The position numbers were made by a program, and so were the translations under genes. Shown piece after piece: positions 40,901-52,892 of a stretch of DNA of 64,000 nt (positions are counted from its first letter, which is position 1; each line of letters starts with the position of its first letter). Below the pieces are notes generated by a model. It had not been told where the DNA came from. It made no database searches and saw nothing but the letters and a program-made list of their open reading frames with translations. Location of the stretch: assembly GCF_964355755.1 (NCBI RefSeq), contig NC_092676.1, positions 17,936,871 to 18,000,870 of the forward strand, written 5' to 3'. The DNA is from Antedon mediterranea. Taxonomy: Eukaryota > Animalia > Echinodermata.

Positions 40901-43900
40901 TCAATGAGTAGTGTGCTGTACAGTAGTAGTAAATATGTAAAAGCATAAAGCTCTGTCTACACTATCAAACTAGTTTAACAAAAAAAGTGTGGTGTTCCCT
41001 AATAGGATAGTGGTATGCCTAAATATGGTAGTGATATGACATCATCGTTGAAACACTGGTTCTCATCAGATCACCAAAGTTAAGCAACGTTGGGCCCGGT
41101 TAGAGCTTGGAGGGGATACCATCTGGGAATACCGGGCGCTGTATATGGAGCTGGGGTCCCTTTAGGCATTTGAAATCAGCACTGCTGACTGTTATGGCAG
41201 CCCCTGCATCTAGCATCTGCCTAATCAAATCCAGTTTAGTTGGTTGCATAAAAAACATCCAAATTGAACAGCAGCACGTACCAACAGGGGTCTGGCTCAG
41301 ATGTATTGGCTTATGCCTCTCCTCTTGTTAAGCCTGACGGGACGAGAGACACCCTTGGTCAATGTTGGGACCAGCCAAAGGTGCTGTAAACAGTCCTGGC
41401 CTAGTCATCATTCAGGTGAATGTAAGACTATTACTGACAATGTCGTTTAAGACAAAGTCGGCCATATATATTACATCATCATGTCCATATATGGGCACAT
41501 AACATATTTTGTCACATAAAGTTTGATAGTGTGAACAAGGCTTTACACAAACAGAACATAATAAGATAAATACTGTTATTCAATATGTTATTATAAGATG
41601 ACCTGTTGTGATAGTAAGTTTTGAAACAATTTTTAAACTTCTTAGGTTAAATAATATATTTATATGTAAAAATGATTTTACCAGATACTCCAAGCCTTCT
41701 AGGATTTGTTTGGTATAAAAGGCAATTGTGTTTTCACTGTCCTTCAATGGCCCCCACTTTAACCTCAGCAGAGCTGATAAACTCCCTAACGACAAAGAAT
41801 TTACATTATCACAATAATTATTATTAAAATCACATATTTTTATATTTTATATTTTTTTTTATATAATATAAGGAAATTACTGTACATATTGGCAAATAAT
41901 AATAGGTTAATCACATGCTCGCGTATAAGCATAGAATTCTGACAAAAGACTGGCAAATCCATCATAGAATTGACTGTCAATACCAGAGTCTCTCAAAACC
42001 GGAAACTCTCCATACTTTTCTTGAGGTTCAAAAGGTCCCACATAATTGTTACCATTGAAAACACATTCTGAATACCAGACTTTCTGGAAAACTAGACATA
42101 TTTGGCAAGTCCAAAGGAGAGTTGACTTTATTCACCAAATTTTATACCAACGTTCCCTGGGACTATACTTGCTCATATACAGTAATAGCTTAGTAACATT
42201 TAGATATGTATAGCTAGCATACCTCCAGGCACTTGTTCCATCAATATTTTGAATACTTTTTCTTGGCTGACAGATCCCAGATATTTAACAATATTTTTGT
42301 GACTAAGTCTTGAATGAAGTAGAATTTCCTCATGCAGTGGTTGGACATCCCTTGAAAACAAAACCAAATTGAATTATTACAACCTGTACAAATATTACAA
42401 TAATTAAACATTGTAAAAACCCTTATTTCTTGTATTATATGAATGAATAACTGGTTGGGAGCAGAAATGCTACTTGACCAAACTCAGTACGGTATGATTT
42501 TAATAATTCAATTAAATAACTGTACAGTATAAGGTTTGCATGAAAATATATAGCATTTAATGTAAATACACTTAATAATTGTATGGAAAACAATGATTTG
42601 GTTTTAATAGGACACCCACTAAATTCAAAGCCACTGCAAATATATCATGTTGGTATAGCAAATTCAAGATATTGAAAAGCAGTATTGGTAGTTTTATGAT
42701 ATGAAAATCAGGAATCTTTTAAAAAGAACAATTTACAAATTATTTCTCATCAAAAAATATATCAAGAATTGTTTTCTATTATTTCTAACACTGGAAAAAA
42801 CACCTGTACTGAATTCTAGTTTGTATATATGTTGTGTAAAATAATTTCATACCATTCATTTGTAATTGGAACTTCTTTGACAGCGATTCGCACCTTTGTG
42901 TTCATATCCTTAGCTGCATATACCACACCATATGTACCTTTTCCTAATACTACCTTTTCACCATTTTTATCATATTCATACTCAAACTACAAGATAAAAA
43001 AATAACTCTTAAAGTTTCTTCAATCCAATTGTTATCACCTTTCTGCTGAATATTCATTTTTCCCATCAGATGCTATACTGCTTTTTCTGTAGGTCTGTTT
43101 CAGGTTTGAGATTTGTTGGTAGTGTGTTATTTGGGACCTATTAGTGCTTTTCAAAGGTATTTTAATTAATTTCATACGCATTCTAACAGCAACTAACTCG
43201 CCAATTACAGGATGGATAAACTATTTTATAATTTTATCATGCTTAAAAACTAAAAGTCTTATTTGAGGCTTTAGGGAGTGGAGTTGAAGGAGTTGTGAGT
43301 TTACAACCCTGGCACTAAGTCAGGATTGAACCCTGGAACTAAGTCAGGATTGAACCCTCGAACTAGGTCAGGATTAAACCCAGGATTGGAAGGCACGCAT
43401 CTTAATCACCAAGCTACAGCTATTGTGGTATAGAGTGCACACTGGTCTCCCTCTTAATTTAGTAAGGATATACTGGAGTAAAAGCTGATTGCTATATTTG
43501 TAGGTAGTTCTTCATCTTGCCTCAAAATATGTTCAAATAGTCCCAGCCTGGCTTGCCGCTAATCTACTGAAAAGGTTTTGTATTGCATCTCTCGTGGAGA
43601 TTTTGGTTTGCTATTTTAAGCGGTATCTATTATTAGTTCTATCATTGTTTTAGCTGTTTTCTGTAAAATGTCTCGTTTGAATATATAATGATATTTAGAA
43701 TGGGCCATGAAGAAATTCATTATCATAAGCTTACCGCCACAGGTTCAGAGTTCAAATCTGAGTCCCTTTCTGTTAAAAGATTATTCTTGTCTTCTAAATA
43801 ATCATCAATTAATCTCATGATCTCATCGTGAAATCTAAAAAGAATATATATTTATGGCTTCTAAAAAAGTCAATCTTATAAACTCACAAGTATTTAATTT

Positions 43901-46900
43901 ATGCGATATGAAGATTTATATAATGTTAAAAAAGTGGTCAAAATGCTGACAGTTCTTTTCAAATTGCTGAATTATTATAAAATAACACTTTGTTTTTGTT
44001 ATATTCTTATCATTTTTGTTTCTATAATATATTAATTATACTGAAAAATAATTATATGGTTTAAGTCTACACAATACAAGTTTTATTAAGAAAAAAATGT
44101 TTATTAATGGAAATGTGTTAAAGTTATAAATAATATGTATAAAAAGAGGAATGCAGTACAAGTAGAAATTAGGAGAAAAGATGAACACAAAAACAATGGA
44201 AAATGTAACATTTTATGCAACCAGATGATAACAACAAACATTGTTAATACACTAATATGTATAGTGTACTGAAATGAAAATGTGTTTAGAGAAAAATATA
44301 TTTAAAGAGATGAGATATATGCATGGAAATAAAAGTGGGATAACCCACATAAGATAATAATAAAACAAGTTCAGCAATATATAAAATCACATGTTATATA
44401 CCTTTGTCTTTGATTGGACGATGAAAAAAATAATTGAAAGTCATCGGAGTTGTGTTGAACATATATAAACAAACACCTATCATCTCGTTTGTACAAGCTA
44501 TCAAAACAAAATTGCAAAAACACATTTTTATTTAATTCTGTCAAAACTGACATATGCAAATTTAACTGTAGCAACATAGTGTATTTATGTAACATAAAAC
44601 ACTATAAATTGGACAACTTACATTTTGCTTTTAAAAGAATGCGTGTGTATTGGGCAAATTTAAAATGAGGAAAATAATTAGATAAAAAAAAAGATTTTTT
44701 AACAGATTGAAAAAAACAATCCTACCTGACACCTTTGATGGATGATATAAGGAACCTCCATTCATTAATTTTCTGAAACAATTACAATTTTTTTATTTTT
44801 TATAATTGGGTAAATATTTGAGAAAGAAATCTATGTTCAAATTAAAATGTATTGTTATTAAATACATGGTAATTGAAATTTATATTCCAAGGTTAAAAAC
44901 ATGATTTAAATAGTTACACGCAAATACATACAAAAAAGAATACAATATTAAAATATGTAAAAACAGTAAAAAGTTATGAGACCATATAGTGAAAGTCTAT
45001 GTTGTATGACAACAGTAAATTTAATTTTCCGCCAATACTAACCTTACAATTCGTGGGTTTTGCCACATGCCATAGCCTGACAGACTGAAAAGAAAAGGAG
45101 AACATAAACTTTGTTTCACACTAGTTGAATTATTTACATGCACTGTTCAACACTGGTCTCCAATTAACAAAAAAATACAATATCTTATTGACAAGGTGCA
45201 GATTACCACAAATCTTGAATGCTTTTGGCCACAGTTTTCAAGAATACTTAAATGAGCAAATATTGCACCAGTCAGTGTGATTGAACTTTGCTTGGAAACA
45301 GAGTTATTTTCTTCTTACTAATGAATTTACCAATAAGATGAAAACAAAGACAGTACCTTTTCATCCTCTTCTTCATTAATAGTGATAAAACTTGGCTTCA
45401 TGACTTTAGATGGTTCCAAAACAAGCACAGGGAATATCACTTTAGAGTTACTGTCCTTAGTTGTCTCAACAAAGAACTCCAGCCAGAAGTTAAATAACTG
45501 CAATGCAATATTAACAAATTATTGTTATGTTAAAATCCTAGGAGCCCCACACTCGAATTACAAGTACAAAATGGCATCATATACACACTTCTGTACAGGT
45601 GTAAATACTCGACAAGTCTAAAACTCTATCTACACTATCAAACTAGTTTGACAAAAAAAGTGTGATGTACCCAACTATGGTAGTGATATGCCCAAATATA
45701 GTGATATGACATCATCATGTCCAAATATGGGCACATCACATATTTTGTCACAAAAAGTTTGATAGTATAGACAGAGCTTTTAAACACAACTTATAGATTA
45801 TACTCATCTCTGGTCTTTATCTAGTGTTCTAATATAGTGGTCAACTAATAATATATTTAGTGCTTATTGCACAATGCTTCACATTATTACCCCAGTCATT
45901 TTTTGGATCTAACACATATGGAAACATACTCCCATAATGCAGCTAGTAATCAGCGCAATTGTGTTCTGACTTTACCAGGAATTAGGAATACTGTATTTAT
46001 ACCGTTTATTGTTCAGGGGGGTTTTTAGGGGGCATTTAATCAGGGGAGGCATTTATTTATATAAATAGAAATGTGTTGTAATACAATAGTGTGTATTATA
46101 TATTTTGCAGGGCGTTTATTCAAGCAAAAAATAAATGTCCTGGGGTGTTTATTCGAGGGGAGGCGTTTATTACAAATGATGTTCTATGGAAAGGTTTTTA
46201 TTCGAGAAGGGTTATTCAAATAAATACGGTAGCTGAATTAATGTAATTGGAAGGTTCTTGAAAGTGCATTTTACCTCATGTTCAGGCTTAGGGTTCTCAA
46301 CTGGGATTGGTATAACCTTTGTAATCATCTGAATATTGCCAAGAGTTGACTTCAAGTACCTACAACAAATATATCGAAAATTGTTTTTATCTGGATTTAT
46401 ATTTAGATATCTGTATACAATTCCTTATGTTAAACCAGTAGATAATAATATAACGTTTACCTCAATAGCATTGTCTCATGAATTATATTATTATTATTAT
46501 TATTATCGTTGGTAAATTTGAAATAAACATTTTTTTTTGCTTTTTGTTTTCTTAAAGCCTATTTTCCATCAGTAGAATTTATTCACGCAAATCCAATGTT
46601 TCGCATAAAAAAAAAAATTAAAACGTAAAATAAATGGGGAGATCAAACCTGGTTACAACTTGTAAGTTGTCCATATATGGGCACATCACATCTTTTTGTC
46701 ACATAAAGTTTGATAGTGTACTAACTAATAAAGTGATCAAGTTGCTGGTGAACTATATTGTTGCAAATTTACCATGTTGGTGGCTTCAGGTTGAACATAC
46801 ACTCGGCAGCTTGTACAGCTTTTGAGAAGTCTCCAGCCAAGACACTAATCTCAAAGAATGTTGCAACATCCCAGTAATCTTGCAATGACATCAGACTTCC

Positions 46901-49900
46901 CTTCTTACCAAGAAGCATGTTCAGTGTCACACCTATGTATGAAGACAACAAGTAAATGAAAAAAATAAAATGGGAGAAAAAACATTGATCTAAAGCATCT
47001 AGGCTTATGTCTTTTATTTCAACTTGACTCAATCATACCAATATAGAAAATTGATGGGCAATTGGCAGAACCTTGTTCAGTTAAAATTAAAAGGTAATTC
47101 TACATTCTATCTATTGCATTTAATGATTTTTCTTTTTAACAATTGTGAATTTCAATCCATGTATTAGAAATGCCACAAACATACCGTATGTATTCAAATA
47201 AATGCGGTTGTGTAATATTTTGTGTAATATGGTGTGTGTATAATAAAATAAATACCCCTAAATATAAACAAGTACAACACAATTAATATCAAAAAGTGAT
47301 AAAATACAGTAAAAATTGTATCAAAATGCTTGGTAAATTGTTGATCATGGCAGTCAATGGATTTATACTACGATAGCAATGTGTTGTAATACAAAATTGT
47401 GTATATGATGCATGTCACATGTAATTTAATTATTTCGTAACGCTATTCGAGGGGGGAAGGGGGGCGGGTGTTTAGTGTTGATTCCAAATGATGTTATATG
47501 GAGGGCATTTATTTGAGGGTGGCGTTCATTCAAAGCGGTGCATTCATTTGAATAAACATGGTACCTATTTTCTGCAACTCTTGTGATTTACTGAAATCTT
47601 CACCAGACAGCACGAGTAGAGTTGCAAGATTGATGCCAGCATACTCATTGGGATGCACTTCAAAGCCTTTTCTGTACCTGCAACACACAGAAATGCAACA
47701 ATTATTATTTCAACTCTTTTTAGGATTTTTTTTTGTTGGAATGTGTACAAAAAGGTGCATATTAGCTTTATAATTTTGATTTTAAATTTCCTACACATCT
47801 AACAGCGAGTACCAACTAGCCAATTACAGGATGGATAAATTATTTAATAATTTATCATGCTAAGTCTCATTTGAGGCTTAGGGAGTGAAGTTGAAAGAGC
47901 TCTGAGTTATAACCCTGGCACTAGGTCTGGATTGAACCCTGGACCTTGGAATTAGAAGGCAAGCATGTTAACCACTTAGCTATAATATGCCATCTTCTGC
48001 AAACTATTATCAATTAACAACTGATACCCAATCTATGGACAAACATCTTTTACTTCTCTGCAACCTGAATGTGTGCCAAACATGTTGGGCTATCTCAGAA
48101 AATTGGTCTAAAAATCACAATGTTCTAGTATAGCTTAAACACATCAAGAGAATTAGAAAGTGTCCTGGTGGGAATGCGTTATAAGATTAACTTAGACATG
48201 CATTCTTAATTTCTTTACGGAAACTTTAGGACATAGAAAAGACAAAGAGAACAAAAAAGAATTATAAATCTAGTGTAAAAACAAAATGAAAGAGTGTTAA
48301 AATCTATTTACCAGTGTATAGCCTTATCTCTGCTATCAGTATTTTCATACATACTTTCTGTGTACAGATCTTTGTAGATCCTTCCAGCTAAGCACAACAT
48401 ATCTGGAACTTGATTCTCCTTTTTCTCCAATGCTTCGTTGATGATCTTTAAAGCAGTCGCACGATCACCATTTTTGTTCCGCCTGAAAAATTTCGATAAA
48501 AAAAATTAGTAAATGATTATTTGGTATTAAAGGTCAAAGGTATTAACTGCGCGTAGCTACAAGGCACATAATGATAAGAAAAGTCGCTAATGATGTACAC
48601 GCAATCTGGGGTTCTCAACAGCTACTGCTAAAAACAAACAAAAAACAAATTCAATTTTAAAAAGTAGTTTTAAAAACACCCATTAGATTTAAGGTGTTCC
48701 ATTATTCACCTAAGCAGAGGACCACCAGTGACACATACTAGGCTTTATATCTGGCCTTCAAGATTACTTGTAAATTACTATCAGGCCTACATTATAAAAC
48801 TGTTGAGTACCCCTGCCTTAAATAAATATAACGTTACCTGTTAAGAGCAAACACATGAAGGTGTATTATAGCTGGCTTGTCTGTAATGTTGTTATTTGAC
48901 AGTTGTTCTATAGCTTTCACTAGTTTCACCATTGCATTATAATCCTAACAACCAAATAGTCAATGTTGTCAATATAATTTTTTTAAAAACCTGAATTAGA
49001 TTACAACACTCATAATATATGACTCTTAGAGCCCGTTTATACAACATGCTAAATCAACACGCATCGACGTTGGTGTGTTGTATAAAACAGAAATGGATTC
49101 CGCGTAATTACTAAACCACCTGGAAAGGCTACTTGAAAAGGCTACTTGAGAACCGTCCAAATTTGGCCGGTTGGTGAGCTGAAGTAGCCTTGTTAAGTAG
49201 CCACAGTGGACAAGTTGCCCTTTATTATAGCAGCAAACGTTTGGCTGTGACTGACCTTCCTATTCATAACACGGCAGTTGACATTCATGCATGAACGGCT
49301 CAGTTTATGGGACTGACCTTCGTATGTGAAAACACGAATATACATAGGTGTGTAAAGTAAGAAGGGTGTTGTATAAACACAGCCTTAAAGTCTCGCCACA
49401 AAAGCCTACTTACCTGTAAACATATTCATTGTTAAACTTATGCCCATGTGAACGTAACGCAACGATGTAGGTGCAATGCAAGCGAGTTGACCAATCACAA
49501 GATATGGTCCATGACTGGTCAGATTATTTGCGGTGCGCTTACATCCTTGCGTTGCGTTCCCAGTGGAGACCAAGCTTCACAGGCAGCTGAAAGAAAGTTA
49601 AATTGCTCTAATGTAGGTACAGTAAGGTCAACCGGGGTGGAATCTTACCTGTATTTCTCTGTAAGATAGCAAAAGCTGATGGACAATATCACCTGTGAGC
49701 AAGAGCTGATCATCCATTCGCTTCTTTAAAACTGATAATTCCTACAAAATGATGAACAAATAATACAATTAAAAAATAACATTGATTATAAAAAATAATG
49801 CAATTTGCAATGATGCTCCTATTGAGCTGAGTTGAATAGAACTTTGAAAGGAAATATTCTGCCCATTCAACGCATACAAAACATTCATTTTTGTTCTGTA

Positions 49901-52647
49901 TTCCTTTGTTTAAGTAATCTGCCATTCCATCTAGAATCAAATGTCACAAACTAGACCATGCTACACATGGGTGCTCAGACTTTTAATCACATTGCAAATT
50001 ATTTTTATGAGTGAGATATGTTATATATGACTTATGTTTAATATTCTGTAATGTGAAAAATGGGAGGCTTCTTATCCAAATACAGTTGAATTCATACTAA
50101 GGGGACACCTTTGGGGCCCAACAAAATGTTTCAATATGCCCATATGAAGGATGTCTCCTGAATAGGGTTAGATGCAGTGTTAAAGCATGTATGCTCTCTT
50201 AATAGGAGAGTGCTCTGAATAAAGTAGATTTACTAGTAGTGTTTGTTAGCACAAATCGAAAGCGTCCTCTTCCACCCATCTTCCGAATCCCTCTTTGCGA
50301 CGAATTATAGTTCCTTGAGTTTTTTACTTCAGCGAAATTGGTAGTTCAAATTGTTTTTACTTTTTGCGAAGCAAAAAATGCGCAGCAAATCAGAGCTCTG
50401 GAAATGAGTTTTGACACGTTCATGAGCACTCATTTGAATCAAACAAACGATAAGCATAAAAATCACAGCTATTCGCTCTTTGTAGTGGATTGGAAAAGGT
50501 AGCACGTTTTTTTTTCTCTGCGAAACGTTGGATGGACGCAAACAAATTGGCTTTAGGAGGAGTTCTACTGTCTATTCGTTATTTCCTATAATACAAGTGG
50601 TTTAGGTCTTTCTTATCTCCGTAATCTTTACTGTGATACAGATAGGTGTAGTTTGAAGGAAATCTTAGTGAAAGAAGATCACTCATGTTCTGTAAATAAA
50701 TACATATGTGTTTAATGATATCAATATTTTACCTTGGCCAGCTGTTCACCTTTATATCTCCTTCTTGCTTCTCTAATACCTTTAAGTAAAAGCTCCTTTG
50801 CACATTCTCTATAGAATAAAATTTTTTTTTTTAAATAATTCGTATTGTATGAAATATTATAATAGACATAATTTGGGTATTAGGCATATTGAAATTTCAT
50901 TTTCAAAGGTCCATGCTAAATCTGTTGTACTATAACCAGACAAAAATCCTGAAGAAATGTATGAAAAGTTGAAGTAAGTATAACAACTTTAGGAATCTCA
51001 AATGCACCACCATTTGAACTATAGTGACCTAATTGATTTCAAGTATAAATTAAACCACTTTATGATTTGATCTATTTTAAACAGTCTCCAAACCACTATA
51101 AACATGTCTATTGTTTGTCTTTGCTAGCATAATTGACATTGAGCCACTCAACCCAACTTAGGAATGGTAAATTTAATGTACAGAATAGTTATAAAAATAA
51201 TGTGTTAGCTTCTGTATTCAATCACCGTAGCAATTTGTTTAAGACGCAATTGTACAGACTTTTTACATTACTACACAAAAATAAACATGAATACATTTTT
51301 ACCTGTTTGTTACTTGCATTTCTTCGTAAACAGATTTTAAACGACTATACAATGGTGGGCAAATCTTTGATAATGAATCACCTGATCCTTTGACAGGTTT
51401 GAAGACACAGGCCATATCACACACATAACACTGGCCATCAGGGTCAAGCTTGTAAGGGAAGAAGTGGTAGCCAGATTCCAAACATGAATTCTGTAAATAG
51501 AAACAAATTAAAAATGATAATATATAATAAAGAGAGAAAGAGTTGGAAGAGGAAGGCTTACAGAAACATAGTACTTTTTAGGCCAAAGCTATGGGCGATT
51601 AGTGGTGTGGGTGGCTAAATCCGCACCTGAAAGCAATATGTGGATCACTTTCCATGTGGAATTCTGGGCCAACCTGCAAAAAGTCCAGTCTTGTTCATTT
51701 AACCTTGGGTGTGATATCTATACATTCATTTGCATGGTTATTAGGAAATGTTTACCCTTTTTCTTAATTTCTAATACAACCTGTTGTTACAGTGTTATTT
51801 CTTTTATGATGAAAAATAAAAAAAAAATTTTCATTTAAAAGTGCCCTCTATTGTGTTGGACTCATTGTACTATGATGGATTAAAATAATAGAATTTGAAA
51901 TTGTTAAAGATGTATTGTCCCCCAAAAAATTAAATCAGACTTTGAATATTTTATAGTTTAATAAAGTTAATCACTTCCATAGGAAAAAACACAAAAAATA
52001 ATGTTTTAACTTATAAAACGAAAAAATAAATAGTTAAATTCAACCAAAAACCCATTAGCTGGCAGCTATTTTTTGCTTTAAATGACAGTTTTTTTCAGGT
52101 AAATACATTTTTTCAAACTAATTATTGTCAAAGTGGATTATTATATGTTACATTAAAATGGCATATTCAACAAAAACTTTGTTACCAAGTATTTTTTCAG
52201 GGGGACAATAAATCTGTAAACAATCCATAGAGGTTCTATACCAGTACTATAGCTAAAATGAAAATATCAATATTTAATGTAGTAATACATTAAAATATAA
52301 CACAAAACAATAAATCAACTTAGTCAACTTACTGTCAACGATGTTACAGTTTCAGGGTCGGAATCATTTTTATCATGGTACAAAACAATATTCTCATTTT
52401 TTCCAAAGCTTTCTCGCACTCCGAGATGATAAAATAAAGTTGCCTGTTGAGTTTTTATGGACATGTCCACGATAACCAGATCAGCATCATAAAATATGTC
52501 TAACACGCTCGTCTGTCCAAAATCTAGGTGCTGAAAGGCCACTCGCTTCAGGTCAATGTCCGCATTATGAGTTTTTAATTTTTCAACATTTTCAAACGCT
52601 TTTTGACAAGCTTCAGTATTATTACTGAATATGCAAGCCACTCTCAT
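28916..52647 (-). CDS. MAP3K15: ASK-family MAP kinase kinase kinase (MAP3K5/MAP3K15-like), 35 coding exons, 1271 aa
   Basis: Exons 5'->3': 52647-52333, 51490-51303, 50808-50733, 49741-49649, 48944-48838, 48482-48312, 47677-47565, 46932-46773, 46359-46275, 45497-45357, 45084-45043, 44772-44726, 44497-44402, 43834-43735, 42986-42853, 42350-42223, 41785-41682, 39626-39488, 39125-39064, 38537-38472, 38112-38012, 37464-37331, 36499-36409, 35269-35219, 34041-33921, 33664-33596, 33096-33018, 32517-32438, 32082-31971, 31375-31150, 30779-30687, 30479-30442, 29958-29885, 29714-29638, 29018-28916. Total 3816 nt in frame. Motifs [90 protein letters not shown] and a C-terminal SAM. Likely co-ortholog of vertebrate ASK1/2/3, so the symbol is approximate. 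Confidence 0.95.
29042..29201. mobile_element. Tc1/mariner-type MITE (TA-CAGTA.AACCC...GG...ACTG family)
   Basis: Starts TACAGTACAACCC with internal GGGGACAC motifs and ends TTAATAGGGGTCAGACTG; related copies at about 27197-27356 and 50080-50235. Confidence 0.55.
29988..30145 (-). mobile_element. Truncated copy of the tRNA-containing (TA)n-associated repeat
   Basis: Reverse complement matches 40548-40700 (TATCAAGCAGA..GGGTTTGAATCTCGGTTGGGACGACTTTTT); flanked by TA tracts. Confidence 0.7.
31745..31880. mobile_element. MITE family with TIR AAGCTCTGTCTACACTATCAAACT (possibly Harbinger-like)
   Basis: Terminal inverted repeats; other copies at 40948-41544 (interrupted by a SINE), 45620-45780 and partial 46665-46720. 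Confidence 0.7.
34259..34304 (+). ncRNA. Minimal hammerhead ribozyme motif (two apparent stem substitutions)
   Basis: CTGCA-CTGACGA-GATCT-AATA-AGATG-GAAA-AAGTACTGTC-TGCAG: CUGACGA and GAAA core, stem I CTGCA/TGCAG, GUC triplet, near-palindromic stem III. Confidence 0.65.
34330..34371 (+). ncRNA. Minimal hammerhead ribozyme motif (Penelope type, palindromic stem III)
   Basis: TTGCA-CTGATGA-A-GGGC-TAGTGTT-GCCC-GAAAG-CTC-TGC. An inverted copy at 34494-34538 has GAAA changed to CAAA. Confidence 0.7.
34773..34905 (-). ncRNA. Box H/ACA sno/scaRNA candidate, copy 1 (intronic, sense to MAP3K)
   Basis: Hairpin CCGTGT/ACACGG with upper ACCTT/AAGGT, H box ATATTA, hairpin GAGAT/ATCTC with upper ACAGAG-CACTG/CAGTG-CTCTGT, then ACA plus 3 nt; about 133 nt. 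Confidence 0.75.
35410..36375. repeat. 21-bp CpG-rich minisatellite (about 45 copies, a few 23-bp variants)
   Basis: Unit GATGCTTCACTCTCATTGCGC inside a MAP3K intron; source of the periodic ORFs. Confidence 0.97.
38234..38483. repeat. Exact 125-bp tandem duplication overlapping a MAP3K donor site
   Basis: 38234-38358 equals 38359-38483. Confidence 0.9.
39205..39337 (-). ncRNA. Box H/ACA sno/scaRNA candidate, copy 2
   Basis: Matches 34773-34905 with two substitutions at unpaired positions; homology stops just after the ACA box. Confidence 0.75.
39668..39819 (+). mobile_element. 5'-truncated copy of the tRNA-containing repeat
   Basis: AGCAGACGGTCCGAGTTCGAGTCTCGGTTGGGGC... matches 40553-40690; preceded by (TA)n. 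Confidence 0.75.
39820..40251 (+). mobile_element. Solo LTR (432 bp, probably Gypsy class)
   Basis: TGTTACG...CGTAACA inverted ends, 4-bp target duplication ATAT, GC-rich body, AATAAA near 40139. Confidence 0.8.
40516..40588 (+). pseudogene. tRNA-like sequence inside a repeat (SINE head or tRNA pseudogene)
   Basis: Acceptor GCCCCAG/TTGGGGC, A box TGGTCTAATGG, perfect T arm CCGAG-TTCGAGT-CTCGG; irregular anticodon arm (ACTGCATTATCAAGCAGA); three copies in the window share the 3' flank. Confidence 0.7.
41047..41472 (+). mobile_element. 5S rRNA-derived SINE (SINE3 type) inserted in a MITE
   Basis: 41047-41143 matches 5S rRNA lacking its first ~17 nt (GTTGAAACACTGGTTCTCATCAGATCACCAAAGTTAAGCAACG...GGGAATACCGGGCGCTGTA), followed by ~330 bp of non-5S body; 8-bp target duplication ACATCATC. 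Confidence 0.8.
43165..43402 (-). mobile_element. tRNA-derived SINE with a 24-bp B-box segment triplicated
   Basis: Homologous to 47795-47985 and 40725-40822; minus strand TAGCTTGGTGATTAAG A-box, then three GGGTTCAATCCTGACTTAG units. Confidence 0.7.
47183..47563. mobile_element. Tc1/mariner-type MITE
   Basis: TA-CCGTATGTATTCAAATAAATGC ... GCATTCATTTGAATAAACATGG-TA; related element at about 45990-46231. Confidence 0.6.
47795..47985 (-). mobile_element. tRNA-derived SINE
   Basis: Minus strand TAGCTAAGTGGTTAA (A box) and GGGTTCAATCC (B box); body shared with 43165-43402. Confidence 0.7.
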
Positions 52648-52892
52648 ATTGAATGTTTTGTTTTAATGTTTGATAGTTTAATTCATTTGATGTCTAAATG
52701 CTGCACATTCTAAAAACAAAATATAAGAAATTAGATAGAATAGGTAAACTGGATCAATTGCTGTTGAGTGAATACAGGGCTTCCCCTTTCCCTACAACGA
52801 AATCCCTACACAAATAGGCCTACCATTAATTAATATATATTAGGCTTAGATAGTATCAAATTTAGGCCTACACTCACTTCCCCACCCCTCTT

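Noticed and set aside
41047-41143. Functional 5S rRNA gene
   Set aside because: 5'-truncated, substituted, lacks a terminator, fused to a SINE body with a TSD.
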